From the sequence record DRR378314_211: 40,202 bases of DNA; one strand, written 5' to 3'. This document shows, piece after piece, positions 6,996-16,394 of this stretch. Under the pieces are notes generated by a model that was not told the origin of the DNA, ran no database searches, and saw nothing but the letters and a program-made list of their open reading frames with translations. The translations under genes were made by a program, and so were the position numbers. The stretch's first letter is position 1. Every line of letters begins with the position of its first letter.

Positions 6996-8246
6996 ATGGC
7001 GCGCCGTACCCTTATTCAGAAGCTGGAAATTCTCGCAGACGCGGCAAAGTACGACGCGTCATGCGCATCATCCGGATCAAGGAAACGAAACTCGGTTGGC
7101 ACGAACGGGATTGGCTCAACAGAAGGCATGGGGATTTGCCACTCCTATGCCCCTGATGGTCGTTGCATATCACTTCTGAAAATTCTGCTGACGAATTTCT
7201 GCATCTTCGACTGCCGCTACTGCATCAATCGGTCGTCTTCGAACGTACAACGCGAGCGGTTTTCCGTTGAAGAAGTCGTCAAACTGACGCTCGACTTCTA
7301 CAAACGCAATTATATTGAAGGGCTCTTTCTCTCCTCCGGGATTATCCGTTCGCCGAATTACACAATGGAGCAATTGCTGGAGGTGGCCCGCAGCCTTCGC
7401 GAGGATCATGGCTTTCGCGGCTACATCCACTTGAAAACGATCGCCGAGGCAGATCCGGAACTGATCCGGCTGGCCGGCAAACATGCGGACCGATTGTCAG
7501 TGAATGTGGAGCTGCCATCCGAACAGGGACTAACGCACTACGCCCCGGAGAAAAGCGGACAGACCATTCGCAAGGCGATGGCGGATATCCGCTATGAGAT
7601 TGATAACGTAAAGGATGCGAAAGCCAGCCGTATCCTGAAACGCGCAAAACCTCCGGCGTTTGCGCCCGGTGGACAATCCACACAAATGATTGTCGGCGCG
7701 GATCCCTCCAGTGACGCCGACATTCTCAACTCCTCAGCCCGGCTCTATGCGGGCTATGGCCTGAAGCGCGTCTATTATTCCGCCTACAGCCCGGTTCCAG
7801 ACGCCAGCGCGGACCTACCGCCCATCCGCCCTCCCCTGATCCGGGAACACCGGCTTTACCAGGCCGATTGGATGTTCCGCTTCTATGGGTTCACGACGGC
7901 GGAAATCACATCGGTTGCTGACAATGGCATGCTGGACCTCGACGTGGACCCGAAGCTGTCCTGGGCCCTGCGGAATCGCGGCCTGTTCCCGATGGATATC
8001 AACCGGGCGAGCTATCAGGAGTTGCTACGCATACCGGGCCTGGGCCCAACCAGTGCCAAACGCATCGTCGCCGCGCGGCGCCTCACCCGGCTGACATTGG
8101 ATGACCTCGGCCGGATCGTTCGCAGCCTGAAAACTGTTCGCCCCTTCATTACGGCATCCGGATGGTCACCCGGAAAGCTGACAGATACGGCAGACCTGAA
8201 GCAGCGATTCCTTCCGGCGCCCAAGCAGCTGGACCTGTTCGCATGA
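6996..8246 (+). CDS. Putative DNA modification/repair radical SAM protein (TIGR03916-type) with C-terminal HhH and beta-clamp motif
   Basis: ATG 6996 with AGGAG RBS; KLEILADAAKYDASC, GICHS, CIFDCRYC (CxxxCxxC), YIEGLFLSSG, REHRLYQADW, HhH (INRASYQELLRIPGLGPTSAKRI); ends QLDLFA. Confidence 0.92.
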   Translation: MARRTLIQKLEILADAAKYDASCASSGSRKRNSVGTNGIGSTEGMGICHSYAPDGRCISLLKILLTNFCIFDCRYCINRSSSNVQRERFSVEEVVKLTLDFYKRNYIEGLFLSSGIIRSPNYTMEQLLEVARSLREDHGFRGYIHLKTIAEADPELIRLAGKHADRLSVNVELPSEQGLTHYAPEKSGQTIRKAMADIRYEIDNVKDAKASRILKRAKPPAFAPGGQSTQMIVGADPSSDADILNSSARLYAGYGLKRVYYSAYSPVPDASADLPPIRPPLIREHRLYQADWMFRFYGFTTAEITSVADNGMLDLDVDPKLSWALRNRGLFPMDINRASYQELLRIPGLGPTSAKRIVAARRLTRLTLDDLGRIVRSLKTVRPFITASGWSPGKLTDTADLKQRFLPAPKQLDLFA

Positions 8247-9700
8247 TTGCCGCCGAGTTGAAACATGAAACGGATTTCGAAGGATGGCGACGGCTCGCAC
8301 GCGGCCTTCTAGCCGAAGCCATTGCTCCGGATGCGGTCGACTGGAAGATACAGGGCGCACCCAGTGATCTCTTGTCCGCTGCCACATTCCAACCATCCGC
8401 CGCCAAGCCGGCATCTCCGATGCGCGTTTCAAAGCGCTTCATAGATTTGGCGCGCCGCACCATTTGTCATACCGACCCGCAGCGATTTGCCCGTCTCTAT
8501 CGCATTCTGTTCCGCCTGCAGGCACGCACATTGCACATTGATCAGGTAACAGACGATGACATTCGCTGGCTCATGTCCTGCGACAAGGCGGTACGCCGGG
8601 ATATCCACAAGACCCATGCCTTTGTTCGGTTCCGGGAGACGGGAGCCGATCCAGATGGTCGGGAGACCTTCGCGGCGTGGTTCGAGCCGACCCATCGCAC
8701 GCTGGAGCTCAGCGCGCCCTTCTTTCAGCGCCGATTTCCAAACATGGACTGGATTATCGTCACGCCGCACCGAACCGCCTGTTGGGATGGGCGCTCACTA
8801 CGCTTTAGCGAGGGGGGCCAGCGATCCGACGTTCCGCCAGATGACGCCGTGGAGGACCAATGGCGCACCTATTTCCGCTCCATCTTCAATCCGGCGCGCT
8901 TGAAGATCAGTGCGATGACATCGGAAATGCCACGAAAGTACTGGAAGAATTTGCCGGAAGCGGATTTGATCCCCGAACTGATCGCGACGGCGCCGACCCG
9001 AGCCCGCTCCATGCAGGCTCAACCGCTCCAAGCCCCCAATCCGCTGGCCACACATCTGGACCGCCAACGCGCCGCTCAAGCCGCCCCTGCCCCGACGCTG
9101 GAAACGTTCGCCGGAATCCGCTCGGCAATCTCTGCGTGCCAGCGGTGTCCGCTCTACAAGGACGCATCCCAAAGCGTGCCGGGCGAAGGGCCTGAAGACG
9201 CACGATTGATGATCGTGGGAGAGCAACCTGGCGATCAGGAAGACATTGCCGGACGCCCCTTCATGGGGCCTGCCGGACAATTGCTCGACACGATGCTGGC
9301 CGAAGCCGGTCTGGACAGGAGCGCGGCCTATGTCACCAATGCCGTCAAGCATTTCAAATTCACGCCGCGCGGCAAGCGACGCATGCACCAGCGGCCAAAT
9401 GCCGGGGAAATCGATACGTGTCGCTGGTGGCTCGACCTGGAACGCCAGCAGGTTCAACCGGATCTGATCATCGCGCTTGGCGCAAGCGCTGCGCGAGGCG
9501 TGCTCGGTCACTCGGTCAAAATATCAGATGTGCGCGGAAAAATTCAGCCAGTCCCCGGCGGGGCATCCTTGCTCGTGACGGTCCATCCCGCCTATCTCCT
9601 CCGCCTGCCAGACGCGGACCGCGCCCTGACCGAACGCCAACATTTCGCGCAGGATCTACTAATGGCACGCTCATTTCTGGACGGCGCCGTGAAGGCGTGA
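8243..9700 (+). CDS. udgX: DUF4130 (TIGR03915-type) domain fused to UdgX-family uracil-DNA binding protein
   Basis: ATGA overlap with the radical SAM stop. N-half: FEGWR..AR.LL, VRRDIHKTHAFVRF, WFEP.H, FF.RRF..M.W.I.TP, W..YF.SIFNPARLK, EMP.KYWKNLPEA. C-half family-4-like UDG: CQRC, GEQPGDQED, TNAVKHFKF, RGKRRMHQRP, C, VHPAYLLR. Confidence 0.9.
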   Translation: MIAAELKHETDFEGWRRLARGLLAEAIAPDAVDWKIQGAPSDLLSAATFQPSAAKPASPMRVSKRFIDLARRTICHTDPQRFARLYRILFRLQARTLHIDQVTDDDIRWLMSCDKAVRRDIHKTHAFVRFRETGADPDGRETFAAWFEPTHRTLELSAPFFQRRFPNMDWIIVTPHRTACWDGRSLRFSEGGQRSDVPPDDAVEDQWRTYFRSIFNPARLKISAMTSEMPRKYWKNLPEADLIPELIATAPTRARSMQAQPLQAPNPLATHLDRQRAAQAAPAPTLETFAGIRSAISACQRCPLYKDASQSVPGEGPEDARLMIVGEQPGDQEDIAGRPFMGPAGQLLDTMLAEAGLDRSAAYVTNAVKHFKFTPRGKRRMHQRPNAGEIDTCRWWLDLERQQVQPDLIIALGASAARGVLGHSVKISDVRGKIQPVPGGASLLVTVHPAYLLRLPDADRALTERQHFAQDLLMARSFLDGAVKA

Positions 9701-9725
9701 GGGGAACGAATTGCCGGGAAGAAAA

Positions 9726-9801
9726 TGGTGCCGCTAAGGTGACTTGAACACCTGACCCCCGCATTACGAATGCGATGCTCTACCAGCTGAGCTATAGCGG
9801 C
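9726..9801 (-). tRNA. tRNA-Thr (anticodon CGT)
   Basis: Reverse complement GCCGCTATAGCTCAGCTGGTAGAGCATCGCATTCGTAATGCGGGGGTCAGGTGTTCAAGTCACCTTAGCGGCACCA: 76-nt cloverleaf, anticodon loop TTCGTAA, encoded CCA. Confidence 0.97.
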
Positions 9802-9822
9802 TTATCCATTTATGAGCCACGC

Positions 9823-9851
9823 CTCATACCGAGACGGGCGGGATTTCGCAA
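9823..9851 (-). promoter_or_regulatory. Sigma70-type promoter of tRNA-Thr
   Basis: Minus strand TTGCGA-N17-TATGAG followed by a GC-rich discriminator, 21 nt upstream of the mature 5' end. Confidence 0.55.
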
Positions 9852-9892
9852 GACGCTTTTGTAGCTGCCCCTGCTGACCGGCGCACCGGGCG

Positions 9893-11329
9893 TCAGTCGT
9901 CGTCGGTTACATAGTCAAGCGGCGGCATGCGTCGCTCATCCGGGGCCTTGGGCGTGGCGACATCGTCTTCCTCGCCCGGTGCTGGCAGGGCAACGACGCG
10001 ACCTGCTTCGAGCTCTCGCCCGAAGGATTCATAGCGCGGATGTACCAGGTCGCCGACATCGCCAAAGGCATACACAAGACGGCTCCAGTCTCTCTGGGAG
10101 AAGTCAAACGCCATCCCTTTCGGATCGAGGTCTGACCAGTCCGGCTCGCGCGAGGCTGAGACGGCCATCCGGCCCCAACGATCCGCTTCAGACGTATCGC
10201 CATAGCCTTTGAGCGCACGCTCCATGAGCAGGCAGAGACGTGCTGTCGGCTTCTCCTCGACCAGCAGCGCCAGCGCCTTGATGGCAGCGGTCCAGTCCGC
10301 GGCATCCATCAACAGTTCAGCCTCAAGGATCCGGCTCTCGCGATGCTGTGGATTGGAATTGATCAGCGTCTTCAGGCGAGCCGCAATATTCTCTGGCGTG
10401 TCTTGGGGCACAAGACGGCGGGACAATTGCGCCAATGCCGGGTGCGGGCGCGCTTTCCAGCCCGTTTCCAGCACGGTCTGCGCCGATTTGGCCTTGTCAT
10501 CCGTCATCAACTGCCGTGCGCCATGCCAGGCTGCCGGCGAAAAGGCTGGCGCCGAGCGCAGCGCTTCGGCAAGTTCCTTCTGCGCCTCCAGCTTGCTGCC
10601 AAGCGGCAAGCCGACGGCGCGGGCCGTATGCAATACGGCGCGGCGACGTCGCAGACTGTTGCCCTTGATCAGGCCGCGCTTCTCGCCAATCGACAGGGTT
10701 TCGAGCGCCTTGGTCCATTCGCCCCGCGATACCTGGAGATCAAACAGCGAATTGAAGGGCCAGTCGGCATTGGACTTGATGCCCAGCGCTTCGCGGGCGC
10801 GTGCTTCGGCCGTTTGCTGATCGCCGCGCTCGGCCGCTGCAGTGGCAGACCCGCGCAGGCCAGCGAGTTGCCCGCCCGGAAGGCGCGTCAGCTGGCCCCA
10901 GGCGCGTTCAGCCCCGGCCCAATCATCATTCGCTTCAGCAGCGCGCGCTTCGAGCAGCAATTGCAACCGCTCATCATCGGCATGCTTGGCCGCCTTTCTG
11001 GCAAGCTTCAGAGCTGTATTGGCATCGCCTGCCTCGGCGGCGAGCAGGCCTTCCGTCAACGCAGAGTTTGCCTTGCGCGTGCGCGACACCTGGCGGTTTT
11101 TGCCGATCTTGCCGGGCAGAATGAACAGGCCGCTGACAATCCACCACACGAAGGCGATCACCCCGCCCAATATCAGCAACAGGAAGGCTGCCAGGCCCGA
11201 CTGGACCGAAATCTCCTGTTCGCCATACGGGAATGTGACAGCCCCCGGCAGAGATAACGCCCACCAGGCAAATGTCGCAGCGACTGCAAACAGCAGCAGG
11301 ATCAGGACAAACAGGACAATCCGGTTCAT
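9893..11329 (-). CDS. hemY: HemY-like membrane-anchored TPR protein (HemY_N domain)
   Basis: Two N-terminal TM helices, ALTEGLLAAEAGD, TPR-like helical repeats, W...PHP.L; overlaps the Mic60-like stop (ATGA); canonical position after hemCD and the Mic60-like gene. Confidence 0.8.
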   Translation of the reverse strand: MNRIVLFVLILLLFAVAATFAWWALSLPGAVTFPYGEQEISVQSGLAAFLLLILGGVIAFVWWIVSGLFILPGKIGKNRQVSRTRKANSALTEGLLAAEAGDANTALKLARKAAKHADDERLQLLLEARAAEANDDWAGAERAWGQLTRLPGGQLAGLRGSATAAAERGDQQTAEARAREALGIKSNADWPFNSLFDLQVSRGEWTKALETLSIGEKRGLIKGNSLRRRRAVLHTARAVGLPLGSKLEAQKELAEALRSAPAFSPAAWHGARQLMTDDKAKSAQTVLETGWKARPHPALAQLSRRLVPQDTPENIAARLKTLINSNPQHRESRILEAELLMDAADWTAAIKALALLVEEKPTARLCLLMERALKGYGDTSEADRWGRMAVSASREPDWSDLDPKGMAFDFSQRDWSRLVYAFGDVGDLVHPRYESFGRELEAGRVVALPAPGEEDDVATPKAPDERRMPPLDYVTDDD

Positions 11330-12555
11330 GGGGCGCTATTGTTTCCTTCAAGCAGGCGCTGTTGCAAGCTTTCGAGCGCCGTTTCCAAAGTGATGCGACG
11401 GTTTGCCTGTTCGGTCCAGTCAGCCATCTCGGACGCCGGGGCGCCGTCCAGCCGCTCGACCAGGGCAAGTGCCTCAGCGATCTCGCCTGCTGCCAGGGTC
11501 TCCTCGGCGCGCGCGAGAATCGCTTGCGGATCGCTGTCTTCACCGTCAATTCGGCGAACGCTGACTGCATCCCCGAAAGCGCGATTGAGCCAGGACAGCC
11601 CCTCTCCTCCGCCAGACAGAGCCGCCTCCGCGCGGCCTTTCGCTGCCTCAAAAGAGGTCTGCAGCTCTGCGACTGTGGGGGCACCATCATCAGCGATGGG
11701 TGTTAGCTGGCGCACAGAAGCGTCATTTGGAAACTGCGACCTCAGTGTCCGCAATTCGGGCGCAAAGCCGCCACCCCTGCGCGAGGCGGCCTCTATCGAA
11801 GATACCGCGCGCGCAACCTCCGCCGTTTGCACGGCCGCTTCCGCCGCGCCACGGGCCTTGGCCTCATCCTGCCGCATGCCTTCGATCAATCCGGCCAATT
11901 GTTCGGCATCCTGACGGCTGGAGAGTTTCGCCTCATTCAGATCATCACGCAGTTCCGCGAGCTGTGTTTCGAGCTCGATAACCCGCTCGACCTCAACGCC
12001 GTCCGGCGCTTCCTCCAATTGTTCCACCGATTGAGCCATGCGGTTCAGGCGGGTTTCGAGGCTGGCGACAGAACGCGACAAGTCTTCGGGGCTGACATCG
12101 CCCGAAGTGTCGACAGATTCCAGCGCCGCGATCCGTTGCGCTAGCTCCCGCAAGGCCTGATCGTCCACTTGACCGTCGGAAGCCGGATCGCGATCCGATA
12201 GCGCCTTAACCTCGGATGAGAGCGCCGCCAGATTGGTGCCCAGCCCATCCTGCTCCCGAATGGTTCGGGCAAGCCTGATGGAAATCTCCTCCTGACCGGC
12301 CTTCATCTCATCGAGTCGGCTTTCAACCATGCCGGGATTGGTTGAGGTATCCGCGATATAGCGTGTGCCCGCCATGCCGAGTATGCCGCCCAGTCCCGCC
12401 GCGAACAGGGACAGGATGGTTGCGCCCAGCCAGCCCGGTCCGGCAGACAAGCCACGCTTTCCACTCGCTGCCCCTTCGGGCGCTGGCTCGAAATCCGCAT
12501 CTATCGGCTCGCTCGTGCCAATCGGATCGTCGTCAGGTGTGGCGTTTTCAGTCAT
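11326..12555 (-). CDS. COG4223 / mitofilin-domain protein (alphaproteobacterial Mic60 homologue)
   Basis: N-terminal TM, long coiled coil, C-terminal G..F..EL..L...GAPTVAELQ.SF and V.VRR...AILARAE..L..G....AL..V..L......W; located between hemD and hemY. Confidence 0.8.
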   Translation of the reverse strand: MTENATPDDDPIGTSEPIDADFEPAPEGAASGKRGLSAGPGWLGATILSLFAAGLGGILGMAGTRYIADTSTNPGMVESRLDEMKAGQEEISIRLARTIREQDGLGTNLAALSSEVKALSDRDPASDGQVDDQALRELAQRIAALESVDTSGDVSPEDLSRSVASLETRLNRMAQSVEQLEEAPDGVEVERVIELETQLAELRDDLNEAKLSSRQDAEQLAGLIEGMRQDEAKARGAAEAAVQTAEVARAVSSIEAASRRGGGFAPELRTLRSQFPNDASVRQLTPIADDGAPTVAELQTSFEAAKGRAEAALSGGGEGLSWLNRAFGDAVSVRRIDGEDSDPQAILARAEETLAAGEIAEALALVERLDGAPASEMADWTEQANRRITLETALESLQQRLLEGNNSAP

Positions 12556-12615
12556 GAATCCTGCTTTCCCTTCAGACGGGAGTTTCCGCCACATTCGCAC
12601 AGACTATGGCGCCGA

Positions 12616-13344
12616 TCAAAGCCCTTTGCTGGCCTCGCACAGCGCGGCGACAAGCGCGTCTTCATTTGGCCTGTCCGCTGCAATAATGCGGGATGCGCCA
12701 AGCGGTTTCAGCGGAGCTGCTGCGGCCTCCGAAATCGCAATCATTGTCCACGCTTCAGAGGCAAGCCCCATGGCAAGATCCACGAATGCGGTCGCCGCTT
12801 TCGCAGAGTGGATGAGCACAATCGTCTCATCCCCTGAGCGCAAGGCATCGCTTGCCTCTTCCGAAAACGCCTGTGCGGGCACTGTCTCATACAAGGGCAA
12901 AAATCTCGCGTTGCGCCCGGCAGCCTTCAGGGTGGCCACCAAATTCCCGGCAGCCGCATCATTGGCCACATGCAGGAAGCCATCAACCTGATCTTCGGAC
13001 GACAGGATCAGGCGGGCCAGATCGTCCGCATTGCCATCACCGGCGATAATCTTCTGGAATCCCGCGTCTTCAGCGGCGGCTGTGGTCGCGGGCCCGACAC
13101 ACCAAGCCGACACGTCAGCGACCTGCTCCGTGATCCCGCCAACAGCATCGACAAAATAGCGGATACCATTCGCACTGGTGAAAACGAGATTGTAAATTCC
13201 GCCCAGATCTGGCGCCACCGCATTCAACGGGCGCAAGGTCAGCATGGGGGACAGGATCGGGCTTAGCCCCTGCTCACGCACACGCGCGACCGTTTCGGAC
13301 GCGCCCGGCTCGGCCCGCGTCACGATGACGGGGGGCTTCACCAT
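12616..13344 (-). CDS. hemD: Uroporphyrinogen-III synthase
   Basis: [26 protein letters not shown]...GF, LYET, HSAKAA, AISE; overlaps the hemC end. Confidence 0.9.
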   Translation of the reverse strand: MVKPPVIVTRAEPGASETVARVREQGLSPILSPMLTLRPLNAVAPDLGGIYNLVFTSANGIRYFVDAVGGITEQVADVSAWCVGPATTAAAEDAGFQKIIAGDGNADDLARLILSSEDQVDGFLHVANDAAAGNLVATLKAAGRNARFLPLYETVPAQAFSEEASDALRSGDETIVLIHSAKAATAFVDLAMGLASEAWTMIAISEAAAAPLKPLGASRIIAADRPNEDALVAALCEASKGL

Positions 13345-14321
13345 GCGCCACCAAAGGCCGGGAGCTCTCCCCCTGCCGCATCTTTGATCTTGCCCGCAAG
13401 CTCTGCCCCGAGCGCGGCGAGCGCATCCCGCGACGCATTCTTCGCGCAAGATCCGCTTGCGGACCAAGTCTGCTTGCCGTCCAGCGACAGAACTTCCCCC
13501 CGCATGAACCAGGTCTCGCCTTCGTCAAACGTATGCGCCGCGATAGGGGTCCGGCAACTTCCATCCAGCGCGGCCAGAAAGGCGCGCTCGATATGTGCGG
13601 CTGCCTCGGTCGCCGCGTGGTCCATCTTTGCAAAGGCCGCCGCCGCATCCTCTGGCAGGTCTTCCCGTGCCACGACGCCGACGATGCCCTGTCCCGCTGC
13701 CGGTAGCATGTCGTCAAGCGGAATGGGATTGGCGAGATGCGCCATACCGAGACGGGTCAGGCCCGCCATGGCGAGATACGTCGCGTCCGCCAGCCCGTCT
13801 TCGAGCTTGCGCATGCGTGTGGCGACATTGCCCCGGAAGGTCACGATCTCGACATCGGGGCGCTGGACCAGTGTCTGCGCCTCCCGGCGTAGCGAGGCAG
13901 TCCCGACCCGAGCACCCTGTTTCAGGTCGGCGAGAGATTTCGCATGCGGCGACAGGAAGCCCTCGCGCGGATCTTCGCGTTCCGGAAACGCCACAAATCG
14001 CTGCCCGTCAGGCAACACAGACGGCACGTCTTTCAGGCTATGCACCGTGACATCGACCTCGCCACGATCCAGCGCCGCATCGAGTTCGCGGGTGAACAGG
14101 CCCTTGCCGCCCGCATCAATCAGCCGCTCGGTCGTCAATTGGTCGCCGGATGTCGTGAACGTCACGATCTCTCCACGCCAAGCGCCGCCGGAATGGATTT
14201 CGAGCGCCGCCGCCACTTGCCGCGCCTGCACAAGCGCCAGGGGAGATCCCCGCGTGCCAACACGGAGGACGCGCTGGTCATTGCGGGAAGTATCATCAGG
14301 AGAAATACGTGGATCAGTCAT
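13338..14321 (-). CDS. hemC: Hydroxymethylbilane synthase (porphobilinogen deaminase)
   Basis: [51 protein letters not shown]. Confidence 0.97.
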   Translation of the reverse strand: MTDPRISPDDTSRNDQRVLRVGTRGSPLALVQARQVAAALEIHSGGAWRGEIVTFTTSGDQLTTERLIDAGGKGLFTRELDAALDRGEVDVTVHSLKDVPSVLPDGQRFVAFPEREDPREGFLSPHAKSLADLKQGARVGTASLRREAQTLVQRPDVEIVTFRGNVATRMRKLEDGLADATYLAMAGLTRLGMAHLANPIPLDDMLPAAGQGIVGVVAREDLPEDAAAAFAKMDHAATEAAAHIERAFLAALDGSCRTPIAAHTFDEGETWFMRGEVLSLDGKQTWSASGSCAKNASRDALAALGAELAGKIKDAAGGELPAFGGAW

Positions 14322-14426
14322 CCCCCTCCCCTAACGCCCATAAAGGCACTTGCCAATTGACACAGCGCCGCGGAAAGGAATACCAAGTCTTATCGTTATT
14401 CGAGAAAAATTTTCCGGAGTTCCCTC

Positions 14427-16298
14427 ATGATCAAGCAAACCGCCACCGCGATTGCCCTTGCCCTCGCGCTGACCGCGTGCGGCCCAACCACGCCAGCCGC
14501 CGAACCGGACAAGCCCGAAATCACCGCCGAGGAGATGGCCGCGAACGGGGAACGCCTGAACGCCTGGTTCGACGCCAAGTATGAAGAAGAGCTGCAATTC
14601 AGCCCGGTTGGCCTGACATTCCTCGGCCGGAAGGACAAGAATGACCAGATCGATTGCTTCACCATCGAATGCTACAAGGAGCAGCTCGCCTGGCGCGTGG
14701 CCGCAACTGAAGAGATGGAGCGAGAGTTCGACTATGACGCGCTCTCACCCGCCGACAAGATTTCCTACGACATCTGGAAGTACCAGACCGAGCAAGAAGT
14801 CGCTGGCGACGCATACCTCTACAATGGCTACGTCTTTGACCAGATGAACGGACCGCAGGGCTTTGTCCCGACCTTTCTGATCAATTTCCATTCCGTGGAC
14901 TCCGTGGAAGATCTGGACGCGCTGATCACCCGGATCAGCGAAAGTGGCCGCGCCATGAACGAAGCCATTGATCTGGCGCGCGAGTCTGCTGCGCGCGGCG
15001 TGCATGCGCCGAAATTCGCCTATGAAGGCGTGATCGACCAGTCGCAGAAAGTCATCACTGGCGCGCCGTTTACAGAGGGCGAAGACAGCGCCCTATACGC
15101 GGACGTGAAGTCTGAAATTGCCAAGCTGAAAGAGTCCGGTGACCTGACCGAGGAAGAGGCGGACGCCAAGCTGGAACAAGCCCGCATTGCCCTCGTCGAC
15201 TACTTCCTGCCCGCCTATGAAGCGATCATCGCCTTTGCCGAGGAAGACATGGCGAATTCGCCAGACTCCGACAAACCGGTCGGTGCGGACACGCAACCGG
15301 ATGGCAAGGCATATTACAATCACCTCCTCGCCACGCAGACGACAACGAACCTGACCGCTGACGAGATCCACGAGATCGGCCTCGCGGAAGTGGCACGCAT
15401 CCACGAAGAAATGGAAGCCATCAAGCAGGAAGTCGGTTTCGAAGGCACGTTGCAGGAATTCTTCACGATGCTGCGCGACTCCAAGGATGATGAGCGCTTC
15501 TACTATCCGAATACGGATGAGGGGCGTCAGGCCTATATCGACGACGCGACCCGCGACATTGAGAACATCAAGGAGAATTTGCCGGAATTCTTCGGTATCC
15601 TGCCGAAGGCCGACCTCGTCGTGAAGCGCGTGGAGCCGTTCCGTGAGCAGGATGGCGCAGCCCAGCACTACTATCCGGGCACGCCCGATGGCACGCGCCC
15701 TGGCATATACTATGCTCACCTTTCCGACATGACAGCGATGCCGAAGCGCGAACTGGAAGTGATCGCCTATCATGAGGGCATTCCGGGTCACCACATGCAG
15801 ATCTCCATCGCGCAGGAACTGGAAGGCGTGCCGCAATTCCGTACCCAGGCCGGCTTCACCGCCTATATCGAAGGCTGGGCGCTTTATTCCGAATGGCTCG
15901 CCACGGAATTCCCGGACACCTACCAGAACCCCTACTCCGATTTCGGTCGGCTCGGCTCTGAAATCTGGCGCGCCATCCGGCTGGTCGTGGACACCGGCCT
16001 TCACTCCAAGGGCTGGACTGAGGAAGAAGCAGTCCAATACTTCCTGAACAATACAGCCATCACAGAGGCGCAGGCCCGCTCGGAGATCCAGCGCTACATC
16101 GTGATGCCGGGACAGGCGACCAGCTACAAGATCGGCATGATGAAGATCCAGCAGCTGCGCAAGAAGGCCGAAGACGAACTGGGCGACAAGTTCGACATCA
16201 AGGGCTTCCACGACACGGTTCTGGGTGGCGGTGCCATGCCACTGGAAATCCTCGAACGTAGGGTCGACCAGTGGATCGCGGAACAACAGGCGGCGTAA
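14427..16298 (+). CDS. DUF885 family lipoprotein (putative metallopeptidase-like)
   Basis: Lipobox LALTAC; EIHEIGLAEVARI, YHEGIPGHHMQ, AYIEGWALYSE, RAIRLVVDTGLH, PGQATSYKIG. Confidence 0.9.
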   Translation: MIKQTATAIALALALTACGPTTPAAEPDKPEITAEEMAANGERLNAWFDAKYEEELQFSPVGLTFLGRKDKNDQIDCFTIECYKEQLAWRVAATEEMEREFDYDALSPADKISYDIWKYQTEQEVAGDAYLYNGYVFDQMNGPQGFVPTFLINFHSVDSVEDLDALITRISESGRAMNEAIDLARESAARGVHAPKFAYEGVIDQSQKVITGAPFTEGEDSALYADVKSEIAKLKESGDLTEEEADAKLEQARIALVDYFLPAYEAIIAFAEEDMANSPDSDKPVGADTQPDGKAYYNHLLATQTTTNLTADEIHEIGLAEVARIHEEMEAIKQEVGFEGTLQEFFTMLRDSKDDERFYYPNTDEGRQAYIDDATRDIENIKENLPEFFGILPKADLVVKRVEPFREQDGAAQHYYPGTPDGTRPGIYYAHLSDMTAMPKRELEVIAYHEGIPGHHMQISIAQELEGVPQFRTQAGFTAYIEGWALYSEWLATEFPDTYQNPYSDFGRLGSEIWRAIRLVVDTGLHSKGWTEEEAVQYFLNNTAITEAQARSEIQRYIVMPGQATSYKIGMMKIQQLRKKAEDELGDKFDIKGFHDTVLGGGAMPLEILERRVDQWIAEQQAA

Positions 16299-16394
16299 TC
16301 TCCGCTGGAACCTGATCGTCCAACCGGGCGACGCGAGGGCAGGGCTTGCTTGAGGCAGGCCCTGCCCTACGCTTTTGGGCAGGGAGAAAACGCC

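Noticed and set aside
5620-9725. Genomic island or prophage integrated at tRNA-Thr
   Set aside because: No integrase, transposase, phage gene or duplicated tRNA 3' end found in the window.
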